64,000 bases of DNA, taken from assembly GCA_030704615.1 (NCBI GenBank), contig CM060732.1, forward strand, positions 28,148,001-28,212,000, read 5' to 3'. This document shows, one piece after another, positions 45,187 through 57,544 of the stretch. The first letter of the stretch is position 1, and each line of letters starts with the position of its first letter. Source of the DNA: Takakia lepidozioides. Its lineage: Eukaryota; Plantae; Bryophyta. A program made the translations under genes and the position numbers. Under the pieces are notes generated by a model. The model did no database searches, was not told the origin of the DNA, and saw nothing but the letters and a program-made list of their open reading frames with translations.

Positions 45187-47715
45187 ATGGAATCCAGCAG
45201 CCCCTGGAATGAGGAAGGGAATGATGCACGCTCCAGCATAGGGAACAGACCGCGATCAAGTTTGCGAAGCCCGCACGCTGTGCCGATCAATGGATTGAGC
45301 CCGAAAATTGCCCAACGCCTTGGAGTGAGTCCCAAGTCAGCCATATCGAGCAAAAGCCCCAAGGATCCACCTGTGACACCTGTCATCATGATGCCTGCGG
45401 GGAAGCAGCTCTCCTCTCCACAGTCGACCAAGTCAAGCAAAAGTCACCAGTATCCGCCAGTGTCACCACACTCCACGTTTTTAGGGAAGGCCTGCTCACC
45501 TCACCTGAATGGTGTGAGCCCACAGCTTAGTGAATCAAACAAAAGCCCAAAGGATCCACCTATGTTCCCTTCCAGTTCGTGGTCAGGGAAAGAACAGTCT
45601 GGGTTCGGGTTTATGAAAAGGTCACGGCGCCCGACACTTACTGCATTGCCAAGTATTAAATTAGATGCTCAAAACGCAATGATGGGATTTTCTGAAGACC
45701 TCCAAAGCAGACGAAGAGGCAATAAGGTGCCCACCAATTCCACACCGCCACCCACTTGGACAGGCTGCAGTGGGAGCAAGTCCATGGTTGCTCCAGCTTT
45801 AGAAAGAGACAGGTCGACAACAGGTACCTTCCTGACCCCCACTACCCACTACAAGAGCCCCACACTTCAAACTTCAGACTTCAAATGCTAAGTAGAAGCC
45901 AAAGAAGCTGTCCTTGAAATATATACTGGCGCTTCCACACTGGTCACTGCTGCCTTTGTGAAGTCTGGACTGCAGTACACTCAGGTTTTTGCTATCAAGG
46001 AATGGCCCTTTCAATGGTTTTCCAGGTATCAGCTAAAGATTCTGGCAGCATTGTGCACCCCTTAGAAAAATTACTGCTTCTACTATTTTCAGAGATTGTT
46101 TGTCTTCCAGGGTTTTCCATACTGGTTTGTTTGAGCAGGAGACTAGTACAGCCAAATAGTATGCCCACAAAGTTGGTTGAGCGGGAGAGCAGTGACCTAC
46201 TATAGGGGTATTGGGGAATTTCAACGGTAGGATTATTAGAACAGGTAGCCGAGATCAAGGAGATTTAGAATTATAGGGAAAAACGTTGAATTATGGTCAA
46301 CTAGATCTACAGAAACCTGCCAAAAGGCATTGTTGATATCAACTTTGCCAATGCAGTTACTTGTGATTGTTTCAGATACACTGCTGGAGTAACTGTTGGG
46401 TGAAAGTTGTAGAATCCTCATTTTGGCTGCATAGATCATGTTGGTGTGCTATGGCAGAAATGACCACTTAGGTAACTCGTAATTACTAACTACATTACAA
46501 CATGGCTCATTGGTGATAGGCTCTTTCACGGATTCTCCGGAGATGTCACAGACAATGCAGACCAAAGAGCAGTCCAAGGAGCGACCAGCCACACCCCAGT
46601 CTAGTAGTCTACTAAGTTTTATGTCCTGGGGTAAGAAGAAGATTGTACTAGCAGATCATTCTCATGACAATGTCAAGATTGGAAAAGTAGATATGGAGAC
46701 CTTCAAAGTCTTGGATTACACCATCAAGGACCTCCAGAGTAAACTGGAAAAGGCCAACAGCAAGAGAGCTACAGCTGTCCATGAGGTCAGGGCATTGCAA
46801 AAGGCAATAGAAATTATGGGTGAAAGATTGAAGCAGCTGCAACAGTATTGTAAAGATTTGGAGCATCAAATGAGTGAAAGCAGGGACACAGAAACTCAGC
46901 AAGAACAAGCAAGCTATGTAAGCAATGGTGTCAGGCAAGACTCCACAGGAAGGTTGCCTAATTTTCAGGCTAATCGCAGATTTTCTCATCCAGAAGCAAC
47001 GTCACAGCTTTTCTCGAAGACTCTGGAGGAGGCCAAAAGCTGTCTAGGACATTTGTTGGATGTCATTCGTCATCACATAAGGGAATCAGGTGGCTCCTCC
47101 ACTCACATGATGTCCTCACTTTTGGAACAACACAAGGTTGCCAAATCAGTAAGCCACTTGCCACGAAGTGTACTACTGCTGTACTTTGAAGCCTTTCTCA
47201 GCCAGGTTATGTTTGAGAGCTTTGAAAATGTCACCTTTGAACCTAATGGTGCTACGACCATTCTCGATCCTGATGCCTTTCGACGGGCATGCTTCCAAGC
47301 GTATCAAGACTTGAAGAAACAAGAATGGACTGCTATGCAGAAGTCCCTAGACACGACACAAGGTGGGTTTGTGAGTGCTAGTTTCCATAATTTCTTCATT
47401 GGAAGAATGAGATTAGTTTGTACCCAGCTAGGGAAGCTGGGTGAGACAGTTATACCGTTATCACTTGCCTCAACCTTTTTCGAGGCTGTGAAATCTGTGT
47501 GGCTTCTGCATCACTTGGCCTTTTCGTTTGACCCTCCCGTGACAATCTTTCGTGTAGTGACAGCAGCAGATTTTGATCCGAGGTATATGGAGCAAAGGAC
47601 CACTTTTGAGGAAGACCCTGTACGCTCCAAGATTTCTATAATGGTCACTCCAGGTTTTGTTTTGAATCGTCAAATTCTCAAAAGCATTGTATTTTGCAGC
47701 AATAAATATCAATGA
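45187..47715 (+). CDS. IRK-interacting / GRAVITROPIC IN THE LIGHT 1 family coiled-coil protein; exons 45187-45823 and 46520-47715
   Basis: C-terminal AVKSVWLLHHLAFSFDPP..IFRV....FDPRYME...MVTPGF. The GT-AG intron joins the two ORFs in frame. Confidence 0.85.
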
Positions 47716-47999
47716 CATATTTTGTCCATGACTATACAGCTAGTCTACTCATTGTGTGTGGAGGGTACCAAGATAATCCAGTGTTTTGGTCTTCCCTTGG
47801 ATGGTGCATTTTGCTTGTAACTTGGTAACCTGGATCTCCTCCTTCTCCTGAGAACACTGGTTTGCATATGACATCTTTGCCATTACTTCCCTTTAATGGG
47901 ATCATTGGGCATAACTGCAAGTTTCTTGCAGCAATTGGGATGAACGCACTACCAATTCGGCAATTTTAAAAAGTTAGTCATGAGCTCCAGTGTGTTAGA

Positions 48000-49350
48000 C
48001 AGTAAGTTGCACGCAATGAGCAACTCCCCAACAATTTAGCTGTTGCTGTACTCTGGCAGGGCCCAAGCATACCTCCACGATCCAAAAGCTGATTGGAGAA
48101 GGGAATGTTATGCACTGGAGACCTGGTTTCATAATCCTAAGTGAGTGCTTAATATGTGGGTTACACTCCATATGCCCAATTGGGCTGCAATGCAGTCATC
48201 CTCGAGCCCTACACATTCAGTGGAGATGCCAGTGACGATGGACATACAATGCATCATTAATCACAGTGAACAAAGTATGGAAGTATTGGACAGAAAAGGC
48301 CACGTAATGCACCTCGGACAGCAGCACATAAGCTTCAGACTGCTTTTAATCCCAATGTAAATCCTGGAGGCACCCAGGAAGGCTCCCCATACCGACGCAC
48401 CTAGTTCAATTGCGAATTTGTGAAGGAATCTCTCTGCCTCATCCAACCAATCTGCATGGCCAAGAAAGGTCACTTTGGAGCCAAAATGCTGGTTTGAGGC
48501 CATCGCGACTCATGGACTTCAAATTACTTAATCCACCAGGGCCACATGGATGCATGCAGAGAGGACACAAGGGAAGGTGATTGGTGTCCAGCTTCAACCC
48601 GTTCTCTCTCGCATTGTAATCAGGCCTTCCTACCACACTCATGCTGACATGACTGTTGGGTGTCACCCCTTCTAGTTGTAGTTGGTTGTAGATATGTTGA
48701 TGGTATCTTCTGTATGACCACCATATGCTTCCAACCAATCGAAGGGCTGCCTGGCAACCTCATCTGGCCAGGAACTTCGAGGGCCAGGAGTAGTTGATGT
48801 CACCTGCTTTCGTGATAGTGCCCCATTCCCTGTAAGTTTCTGCACCCCTACGACCACAGCTTTAGAGGTGTACATTAACTCGAGGGAGTCCCTGTGGGAT
48901 ATCAAAAGGGGAGAGAGAGGAGTGAAAAACAACTTAGTAACAGCTTCAATAGATTCATCACCTCGTCTTCAATGGCTGGCAACATGAGTCAATCCAAAGG
49001 ATTGGTGACCAAATTAAGAAGAAGAGGCTCCCTCTGTCAACCACACATAGCAAATATATCAGATATCAGAGGATAAAAAGCAATCCTCATGGAGCCATGG
49101 GGCATAAGGGTGGTCCCTTCCGAGGCTCGCATCCACTCCACTCCACACCTTACTTTGCATTCTTCCCCCAAATGGCCTCAATCCCGCAAGAAAGCATGTC
49201 TTCAGAAATGGCTATATCCTCATCCATCTACATACTCGTATGCCAAATATATTTGCTGGCACCTTGACACTGGATTTACAACATTCTGGTAAATTCTGGT
49301 GGCAGATTGTCCAACCACTGAGATTCGCCAGGTGTGGGTAATTCACGTTG
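48000..49350 (-). mobile_element. Possible degenerate LINE fragment
   Basis: Broken coding-like minus-strand sequence; no diagnostic motif. Confidence 0.3.
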
Positions 49351-49391
49351 GTGAATAGTCCATTTCCAGACAGATTAAAGCTTTAATGGGC

Positions 49392-49570
49392 CAGTGTTGT
49401 GCAGAGGAACCCACCGCTCGGGTTTATTTTGGAACCAAGTCCAGCTCCGGATTCCGGGTTTATGAGATCTGGATCCGGGTTCGGGTCCGGGTATTTGAAC
49501 ATGGGTCAGGTCCGGGTGCTGGAAAACATCAGCAAGTTCAAGGGTCTTGGGTCCGGGTCCAGGTCCTGCT
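49392..49570. mobile_element. hAT-like transposon end
   Basis: CAGTGTTG followed by clustered TCCGGG(T) subterminal repeats. Confidence 0.5.
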
Positions 49571-49913
49571 TAAATGATTAAATAAATTAGAAAAATGAGG
49601 TTAAACTAGAAATAAAACTTTTTTTGGCTGGAAAAAAAACCCTGAGTCCTAATGGTGAATTAATTTTTTTTAAATAAATAAATTTTAGAACATACTCCTT
49701 CAAAGATGTAGCAAGAATGTATACATGATGACTCAAGAATTAGAATAGAGTTTGAGATCCACCCGTCAAACTCAGTTCTTAAACATTTTAAGAAAAGTAA
49801 GATGCCTCATATATCACTATAGCAAGAAGGACAAAAAATCACATGAGAGAGAGGAGGAGGAGCATTACCTACAAGGAGCTCAAGTGAGGGAAGAGACACA
49901 GCTTGTGAAGCCT

Positions 49914-50367
49914 TAAAACAAGCCTGAAGCATATACTCCTTTCCTCTCAAGAAGCAAGGTTTCACAACAAAGGGGCGAGCGGAAAGAGCAAGCAACGTGC
50001 AAGAGGAGGATCAGACACACGGATCTGACACAAAGCAGCTCTCATCCAAAGCTTGTACACCAAAAATCACATATACACTAACACCCGAGTACACCGCCCT
50101 GACCTTGTGTCAAGGCGCCGTCTTTATACAAAAGCCCTAGCTTTAGTGGCCCGCCGCGTGGCGAGGCGTCACAAGCCAAGGCCCACGGCACCACCTTGTT
50201 ACCCTAGATCTGATGAAGGGCCAGGATCGAGCCACCAACTAACCCTAACCTAGATATCATTGTAACGGTTTAACGGCTTTATACGCCAAAAAAATATACT
50301 ATGGATGTGTATCGCCGTTTTGGATGAAACGGGCCATTTCTAGGCTAAGCAAACATGAGGCTTTACA
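49914..50367 (-). repeat. G2 repeat A2
   Basis: Highly similar to 55375-55831. Confidence 0.92.
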
Positions 50368-50667
50368 ACTGTGAAGCCTACCCCCCACGAAAAATCCTGA
50401 GCTCCGCGAAGGAAAACAAAGAATAGGGAATATCACCCTCCACTGCTGGGTGAAAAACCTATCAAGGGAAAACCTGGCACCTACAAGTTGGGCCGAGGAA
50501 AACCGTGCAGGGAGGAGTACATATGGTGATATACCATGAAAAATGTTGCTAAGTCCTAGAGAGGTCAAGTCCTAGGACCCCAAGAGTCACCATCCGCAAA
50601 CTAAGACTAAGCCGCTGAGAAAAGAAGATGATCAAGCTGAAGTAGATCGGCGAAGAAGATCAAGACA

Positions 50668-51845
50668 TCACCCCACCGTGCGCCCCTCCACATTGATATA
50701 TGTAAGATCAAAAACTAGTTCGGACTGCACCAAGTCGGTCAAGGAAACATGTTCATCCCGCACTTCAGTATTAGAGCCTTGTGGAAGAAGGAGAGCACGT
50801 CGCCCACGTAAAATTTGATAAATCAAGTATGGACCGTCGATCTTGAGCTTAGATTTGCATGCATGCTTGCCATGCTGTAATCGAACGCACACGGTCTGTC
50901 CCACCTGAAACAGGTTAGAATACTTGACACGCTTGTTAAAATTACGGACCTGGGTTAGCTAAGCCTTACCAATGTTCGTCTTGGCATCATGGATAGACAC
51001 CGCATGCCGAACATGAAGATCCTGAACAAAGGTCTCAAGATCACCGGATCAGCAATAGTAGAGATAAGAGGGGTAGAATGCAAAGGAGAAACAGACTTGC
51101 GACCATACAACAACTCAAAAGGAGTCTTCTTGGTGCTAGCATGCATGGCGGTGCGATAAGCAAAGAAAATAGGGGGAAGAAAGGTATCCCACTCCCTGGT
51201 CAGTGCGCCATTCTTCTCCAACATTCGGCAAAGAGTTTGGTTGAAGCGTTCCGTGAGGCCATTGTCTGGGGATGGTATGGGGCGGTGGTGGAATTGGAAT
51301 GCTTAACACCGAGGTTGAAGCAAATCACCGTGAGGAGCTGGTTACAAAACTCCTTGCCCTGATCCGTTAGTATCTCCCAAGGACACCCATGCCGCATAAG
51401 GATCTCATTGAAGAAGAACTGAGCTACAACATCACTAGCCTTGGAACGCAAAGGCCGGACTTCTACCCACTTAGTCAAGTAGTCGGTAACAACACAAAGG
51501 TAGCTTCGACCCTTTGATGTGAGTGCGAGGGGTCCTACTAAGTCAATGCCAACACGAGCAAAAGCATGGGAGACAGGCAAAGGCTACAGCTCATACAAGA
51601 TCCGGGCTCTAGGGAGAGCAATGTTAGCACGACAACCTTCACACTTAGAGATGAACTCGAGGACGTCTCGGTGAATTCCCAGCCAATAGTATACCTCTTG
51701 GATGCGGGCCATAGTTTTCTTGATACCAAGGTGGTCTGCATACAAGGAACAATGGAAACGCTCCAATAAAACATTCAGTTGGCTCTGTGGTGGCACCTCC
51801 AAGTAGCATGGCACTCCCCCTCTAGTGAGCTCCTTGAAAAGCTTA
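50668..51845 (-). pseudogene. G2 integrase
   Basis: HCSLYADHLG..CEGC, VGIDLVGP, LTDQGKEF, TPFELLYG, DGPY. Confidence 0.9.
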
Positions 51846-54450
51846 CACTATAGCAAATTGGGGGGGGGGGGGGGGGGGTTTGCAACGCCAGCCGCGCCCC
51901 CACGTCCCGCGCAGTACCGAGCGTGCGACGCCAACCCTGTGGAGCCTGTTTGCGACGTTGGGCCGTCGCAACCAAACCCCGCAGGTCGCCACCTGGCGCC
52001 GGGGCCAAGCGGCGACGCCTGGCCGTCGCACGGGCGGATGAAGGGCAGAAAGCAACCCTTCCGTGCGACGCCCAAGCGTCGTCCCCCAGCGAAGGGCAGA
52101 AGGCAGCCCTTTCTGGCGACGGCCGATCATCGCAAGCCAAAAAAAACAACCATTTCTTGCTCTTTCTTTCATCGCAGCCCTTTCTTGCGACGCCAGGCCA
52201 TCGTCTGGTGGCATGAAGGGCAAAAGGCCCCTGCGACGGTCGGGCGTCGCAAACAGCCCGGCTAGGGTTCTTTCAAAACAAAAAAAACAGATCATAGTTT
52301 GCGACGGCTTGCCGTCGCCGTTTGCGACCCCCAGCGTCATAAATCCAAGAAAATGCGTCGCAGTTTGCGACGCGTTGGGGGGTCGCAGGCAGCGATGGCA
52401 AGACTTTCTAGGTTTAGGTTTAGGGCCTTGGGGGGTTCTTAGTTTTTTTTTTTTTTTCATATGGTACTGGGGTAGGGTGTTTGTTTGTTGTTGTGGACCT
52501 TCTTGTAGATTGTGACATTCATTTTGATAATTCTCTTGATACCACATATGTATGTGTTGCTCCAACATATTCATTGCCTCTGCCTTCTCTCTTGAAAGAC
52601 TACCAGCCACAGCCATATTTGATCAATCATAGAAATAAGCTACAATATGCATGTACATGTACAATCAATCGAAGGGATGGGTACAGTTCGGTGCGAGAAT
52701 TGTTATGTAACTTTGATTTTGTGTCTAATTGACTTGAACAACATCATCCGGAGCTTCTTCATCCTCATCGAGCTGCAAGTCTTCTTGGTCATCGGAGTCA
52801 TTGTCATAAATGGCCTGGCCCTCAAAAGGCACCTCCGAATCATCCTCCACCTCGTTGTCGATGGCCGTGTCTTCGTCTCCTTTTCCAACATCCGTATCTT
52901 CTGGAGCTTCATCATATAGGGTCCGGGATGCATTGTCCGGGGCGTCATCATCCTTTTCTATCCCCTCTACCCAACCTCCATCATCAGCATCATTATGACC
53001 AGTCTCTCCATCCACCGCAATTGCCTCACCCCATGGAGATCCGAGACCATGATAGATACGTCTTCCTCTTGGCTGAGCATGCACAACCACCTTCCAATTC
53101 CCCCCTCTTGTTTTGTCATCAGAGAAGAAAACTTGCTCCATGTCTGAAGGCCGTGAAAAAGGCTCATCGGAAAGACGATGAGTAGCGTGCATCCTCATTT
53201 TCCTTCCACATCCGAGAGGCTTCCTTATCCACCCTTGCCATGTACTCCGTGCAATAGAATATAGTTTCTTGACGTATACCCCTCCGCCATGCTACCCTCC
53301 GGGTACGCCATTTGTCTTACAAATCCTTTCAAAGTCTTCATATAACGCTCAAGGAAGTACATCCACCGAGAATGAACGGGGCCGGCAATCGAAACCTCTT
53401 CCACTAAGTGCACTACCAAGTGCACTTGGATGTCAAAGAAAGAGGGAGGAAGGTGCATCTCCAACATACACATTACCTCCGTCGCCTCCTTCTTCATGCG
53501 TGGAACATCCGCTTCCTCCAACTCTTTGGAGCAAATCCACCGGAACAAGCCTCCCAATCTATAGATTGTCTCACGAACCTCGGAAGTCAATGTCCCACGT
53601 ACTGCAATGGGCAAGATGTCTTGCAATAGATTGTGGTAGTCATGAGACTTCAAACCATGGACCCCGTCTTCTTCGCTGAACTTCGTATGGAAGGATTACC
53701 CATAACCAGTTGGTGTTCGGACAGCACTTATGGTGGCTATCACTTTCTTGTATTCCTCCTTTGTCCATTGCCAAGATGCGCGCCTATACTTCCACGGTCC
53801 ACCGTACAACACCCTTTGGGTCCACACCATTTTGTTCGGCCCATAGATGGCGCATGCGACCCTGCTCCTCAAGCTCCTTTCTAACACCGAGAGAATATCT
53901 TTTTGCAGCCATTCCCTTCTTTGCCGGCGTGCCATGAAGAACCCGAAAAAAGGATGAGCAAACATTCTTCTCAATATGCATGGGATCTAGAAGATGGCGA
54001 ATCTTCATGTCCTACATATATCCCCACCCACAAATACTTACACAAATTTTTTTTACGTGAAAGTAACAATGCAACGCATACCAAATGTGCAATATCACAT
54101 GCATGCATAGGGATATTGACGGTGTTTTTGTGAAATATGTACCGCCCAATATGACAACTCATAGAAGATTGAAAGTCGTTTCATGCCGGGCACGTCCACT
54201 TCACCGTCCGTGCCCGCATGGGCCTCCTTCCATCCATCTTGTGAAGATGGCGGGAGCTATGCGCATCAAGATCATCGCCACAATGCAAGCATGCATGGTA
54301 CCCTTTGGTGCTTAGCCCCGAGCAAACAGTTAGTCATGTACTATACATCCCGCCACATTAGCAAAAGACAAAAAGTTGTCATGTGCATGGCCTATAATGC
54401 CATCTACCCCACTACGGTGCACAAGACTGTCGCCGCTACTTCAAGCAATC
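51846..54450 (-). mobile_element. CACTA/EnSpm transposon, truncated
   Basis: CACTA at 51846; TGCGACG/CGTCGCA subterminal repeats to about 52400; transposase motifs LDPMHIEKNV, MKSHD, FFDIQVHL, GPVHSRWMY, DEPF...QVFF. Right boundary approximate. Confidence 0.9.
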
Positions 54451-55356
54451 CCAATCCTCATTGATATTATCCGGCATTGACAAGTGAATGTACGCGGGTT
54501 GTTCGACCCTTGGGGTTGGCTATCCCAGAACCCTCATCTACCAATCCAATACCAGTTGAGGACTCTACATCTGCTCCCATCGTACCAACATTCAAAAATT
54601 CATTCTAACTTCGTTTCTTGCATGTTAGGAGATTCTATAACTACTTGGTTGAGATCCGGAAGACAGAGGTCCATGAATCTTCCTGTGACAACTCGATATC
54701 CCTCTCTAGCTCTGCTGCCTGCTGCCTACTCTCGAAATATTCAGGTCAAAATTATAGTATTCCGGGTCACAACTATCTAGAGAGCTGTCAGATTTCTCAA
54801 ACCTTGGCGACCACGCCTCTGCCTCATCTAAATTGTCATAATCACTACCACCAGGAGAACCCAATGAAACAACAAGGGCTGGAACACAAGTGGTTGGTTC
54901 AAGGAGAGGCGACGCTGGCAAGGCAACACTGCCAGGCCGCGCGCCGTCAGCTGTGTTAGCAACAACAAGAACGTCGGCAGAGTTAGAAATGACAAGGTTG
55001 GTTTCACCAACAGGAGAAGCAACAGGAACGACACCAGCAGAACAAGGAGCGACAGCAGGGTTAGTTTCCACACTAGGATTAGTTTCAACAACAAGTTCCA
55101 CACTAATATGAAGAAGCAGGCTTTCCCCTTCTCTACGAGCTACACAAGACAAGTCACGAACAGTATCCATTCCCTACAATCACACCCCAATGTGAGACGG
55201 CGATATCACAACAGCATGAGAAAATACGGCAAGGCGAGGAACCACCATTGATAACACGCATTAGCGAACCACTTAGGCAGCAGGATGTACAACAGATCCC
55301 GCGAGAAAGACCTAATTGACCCTGACAGCACGGGCAAGATCCACCAACGCCTATGG

Positions 55357-55374
55357 TACCCGGCGTCTCCACCA
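55357..55374 (-). promoter_or_regulatory. G2 PBS, tRNA-Ala-like
   Basis: Minus strand TGGTGGAGACGCCGGGTA, complementary to a ...GUCUCCACCA tRNA-Ala 3' end. Confidence 0.8.
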
Positions 55375-55831
55375 TAAAACAAGCCTGAAGCATATACTCC
55401 TTTCCTCTCAAGAAGCAAGGTTTCACAACAAAGGGGCGAGCGGAAAGAGCAAGCAACGCGCGAGAGGAGGATCAACACGGATCTGACACAAAGCAGCTCT
55501 CAGCCAAAGCTTGTACACCAAAAATCACATATACACTAACACCCGAGTACACCGCCCTGACCTTGTGTCAGGGCGCCGTCTTTATACAAAAGCCCTAGCT
55601 TTAGTGGCCCGCTGCGTGGCGAGGCGTCACAAGCCAAGGCCCACGGCGCCGCCTTGTTACCCTAGATCTGATGAAGGGCCAGGATCGAGCCACCAGCCAA
55701 AACTAACCCTAACCTAGATATCATTGTAACGGTTTAACGGTTTTATACGCCAAAAAAATATACTATGGATGTGTATCGCCGTTTTGGATGAAACGTGCCA
55801 TTTCTAAGCTAAGCAAATATGGGGCTTTACA
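55375..55831 (-). repeat. G2 repeat A1
   Basis: Direct repeat of 49914-50367. Confidence 0.92.
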
Positions 55832-57544
55832 GGCTCTCAAGCTCTCTGCGCAAGTATAAGATAAGTGTCATTTGTACATATATATTATAATTTTAGAGTT
55901 GGAATGGTTATTATATCTCGATTTTTATACATGAATATAGATAATTATTAATAAAATTCATCAGGGCCTCTGTCCCCTGTTCTGTAAAAAAAACAAAAAA
56001 CAAAAAAAATTATATATATATATATATATATTGTTTTGATCGTAGCTAGAGTTCGATCTAATCGCTTGGTCCTGTTCTTCAGGCTCCCTCTGTGGTTCTC
56101 TGTGACCAGTTTTGTGCAGTGGCAGGCTTGGGTTGTTTTTGCTGCCCTTTGTCGTCTCTACTGTGAACAGGAAATGGCAAGTGACTTTGCTGGCCCCGTC
56201 TGGGCCTGGCGGTTGGATCCCCTTCTCTGAAGTGCTTACTATGTATACCCAAAAAATTATTCATATAAGTTAATGGGAGCTGGAGAACTAATAGCAGTGC
56301 TAAAACTGCTCACAGAGAATTACTCAGGGTGCCAGAACCATCTAGAACTACTAATTTTATTGGCTGTGTCCCCCAAGGGATAATGTGGAGACTTCTTGCC
56401 TAGGCGGAAAACAGGAGACATCTTGCCTAGGGGGAGAACTAGGCTTACCCATTAAGCCTAGTCTCTGGAGGGTTGATGGGCATGATTCATGAAGCCGCGG
56501 AAAAAGTATAAAACAACAACCCCAAAATCACCCAAGGAAAGAGCAAGGACAGAGCCTCTGGTGGCGGAGAGGGTAATCCTTAATTCAAAACCTCCAAAAC
56601 CTCAGAGAGTAAATGGGGACCTGGTGTCCCAGGCTTTTCTGAGTCTTCGGGAAGGTTTGGGCAACCAAAATGTTACCGTAAGGAAGTTTACTGCGACACT
56701 TGGATCCATGGATTTCGGGGCGAGGAAAACTTGAACATCATAAGAATGGAAATTGGAGAGAGCATATTTTGCAGTCGTCAGAGACACCCAGTCTATAAAC
56801 TTCATCAGACGTCCCTTGGATACATTGATGGCAAGTGTAGAGTCACAAATAAGACCAATATGGGAGGAAATAAGATGATATGATCATATATTGGTTCACG
56901 TCCATTAGACACCCTATGTTACCTCCTGTAGGGTCTACAGGAACGGTTAAACCACACTACCAACCTTTCTATAGACTATTTTATCAACTCTGCATCCTGC
57001 ACAAAAGCCAGTTGAGCTCAATGGATGCAAAATCTCCCCCATATATGACAGTCTGCATTGAGACGGCAAGCCTGCCTAACAGATAAAAGTTTATCACAAA
57101 ACATGAAAGAACCTCGGACTTATTACCAACAACCCTGTAATAGTTTTAAAAAAGGCACATTGAAGCCATTATCTTACCACTGAAGCCATGATCTACATGA
57201 GGCATACAATTTATCCACAAACCAGGAGCCAGTCACTATATCCTACAGCCACTTTCTCACGACTCTCTTCTAGAACTCTACACCTTTACTTACTCTATCT
57301 GGAGCCTGATGGATGCCGTATCAGTGCCTAAAGCACTACCAATACAGATAATGACCAGACCCTACGGCCATTATACATAGTTAGCAATGGACTTACAACT
57401 ATCCCAATACAGCCCTTCCCGCAACAAAGGAGGGGAAAAAAGTGAGACTCAATCACCTGCAAATTTCAGAAACCATTTCTTAACCCCTACAAATCTGCAA
57501 AAACCAACCTAGAAACTACCCAACCAGGGAGGCCAATAAAGTTG

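Larger units (their letters stand above)
49904..55831 (-). mobile_element. Ty3/gypsy element G2, internally deleted and interrupted by a CACTA element
   Basis: Direct repeats 49914-50367 and 55375-55831; tRNA-type PBS; integrase; ends TGTGAAGCC/GGCTTTACA; near-TSD AGCT/GGCT. Confidence 0.85.
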
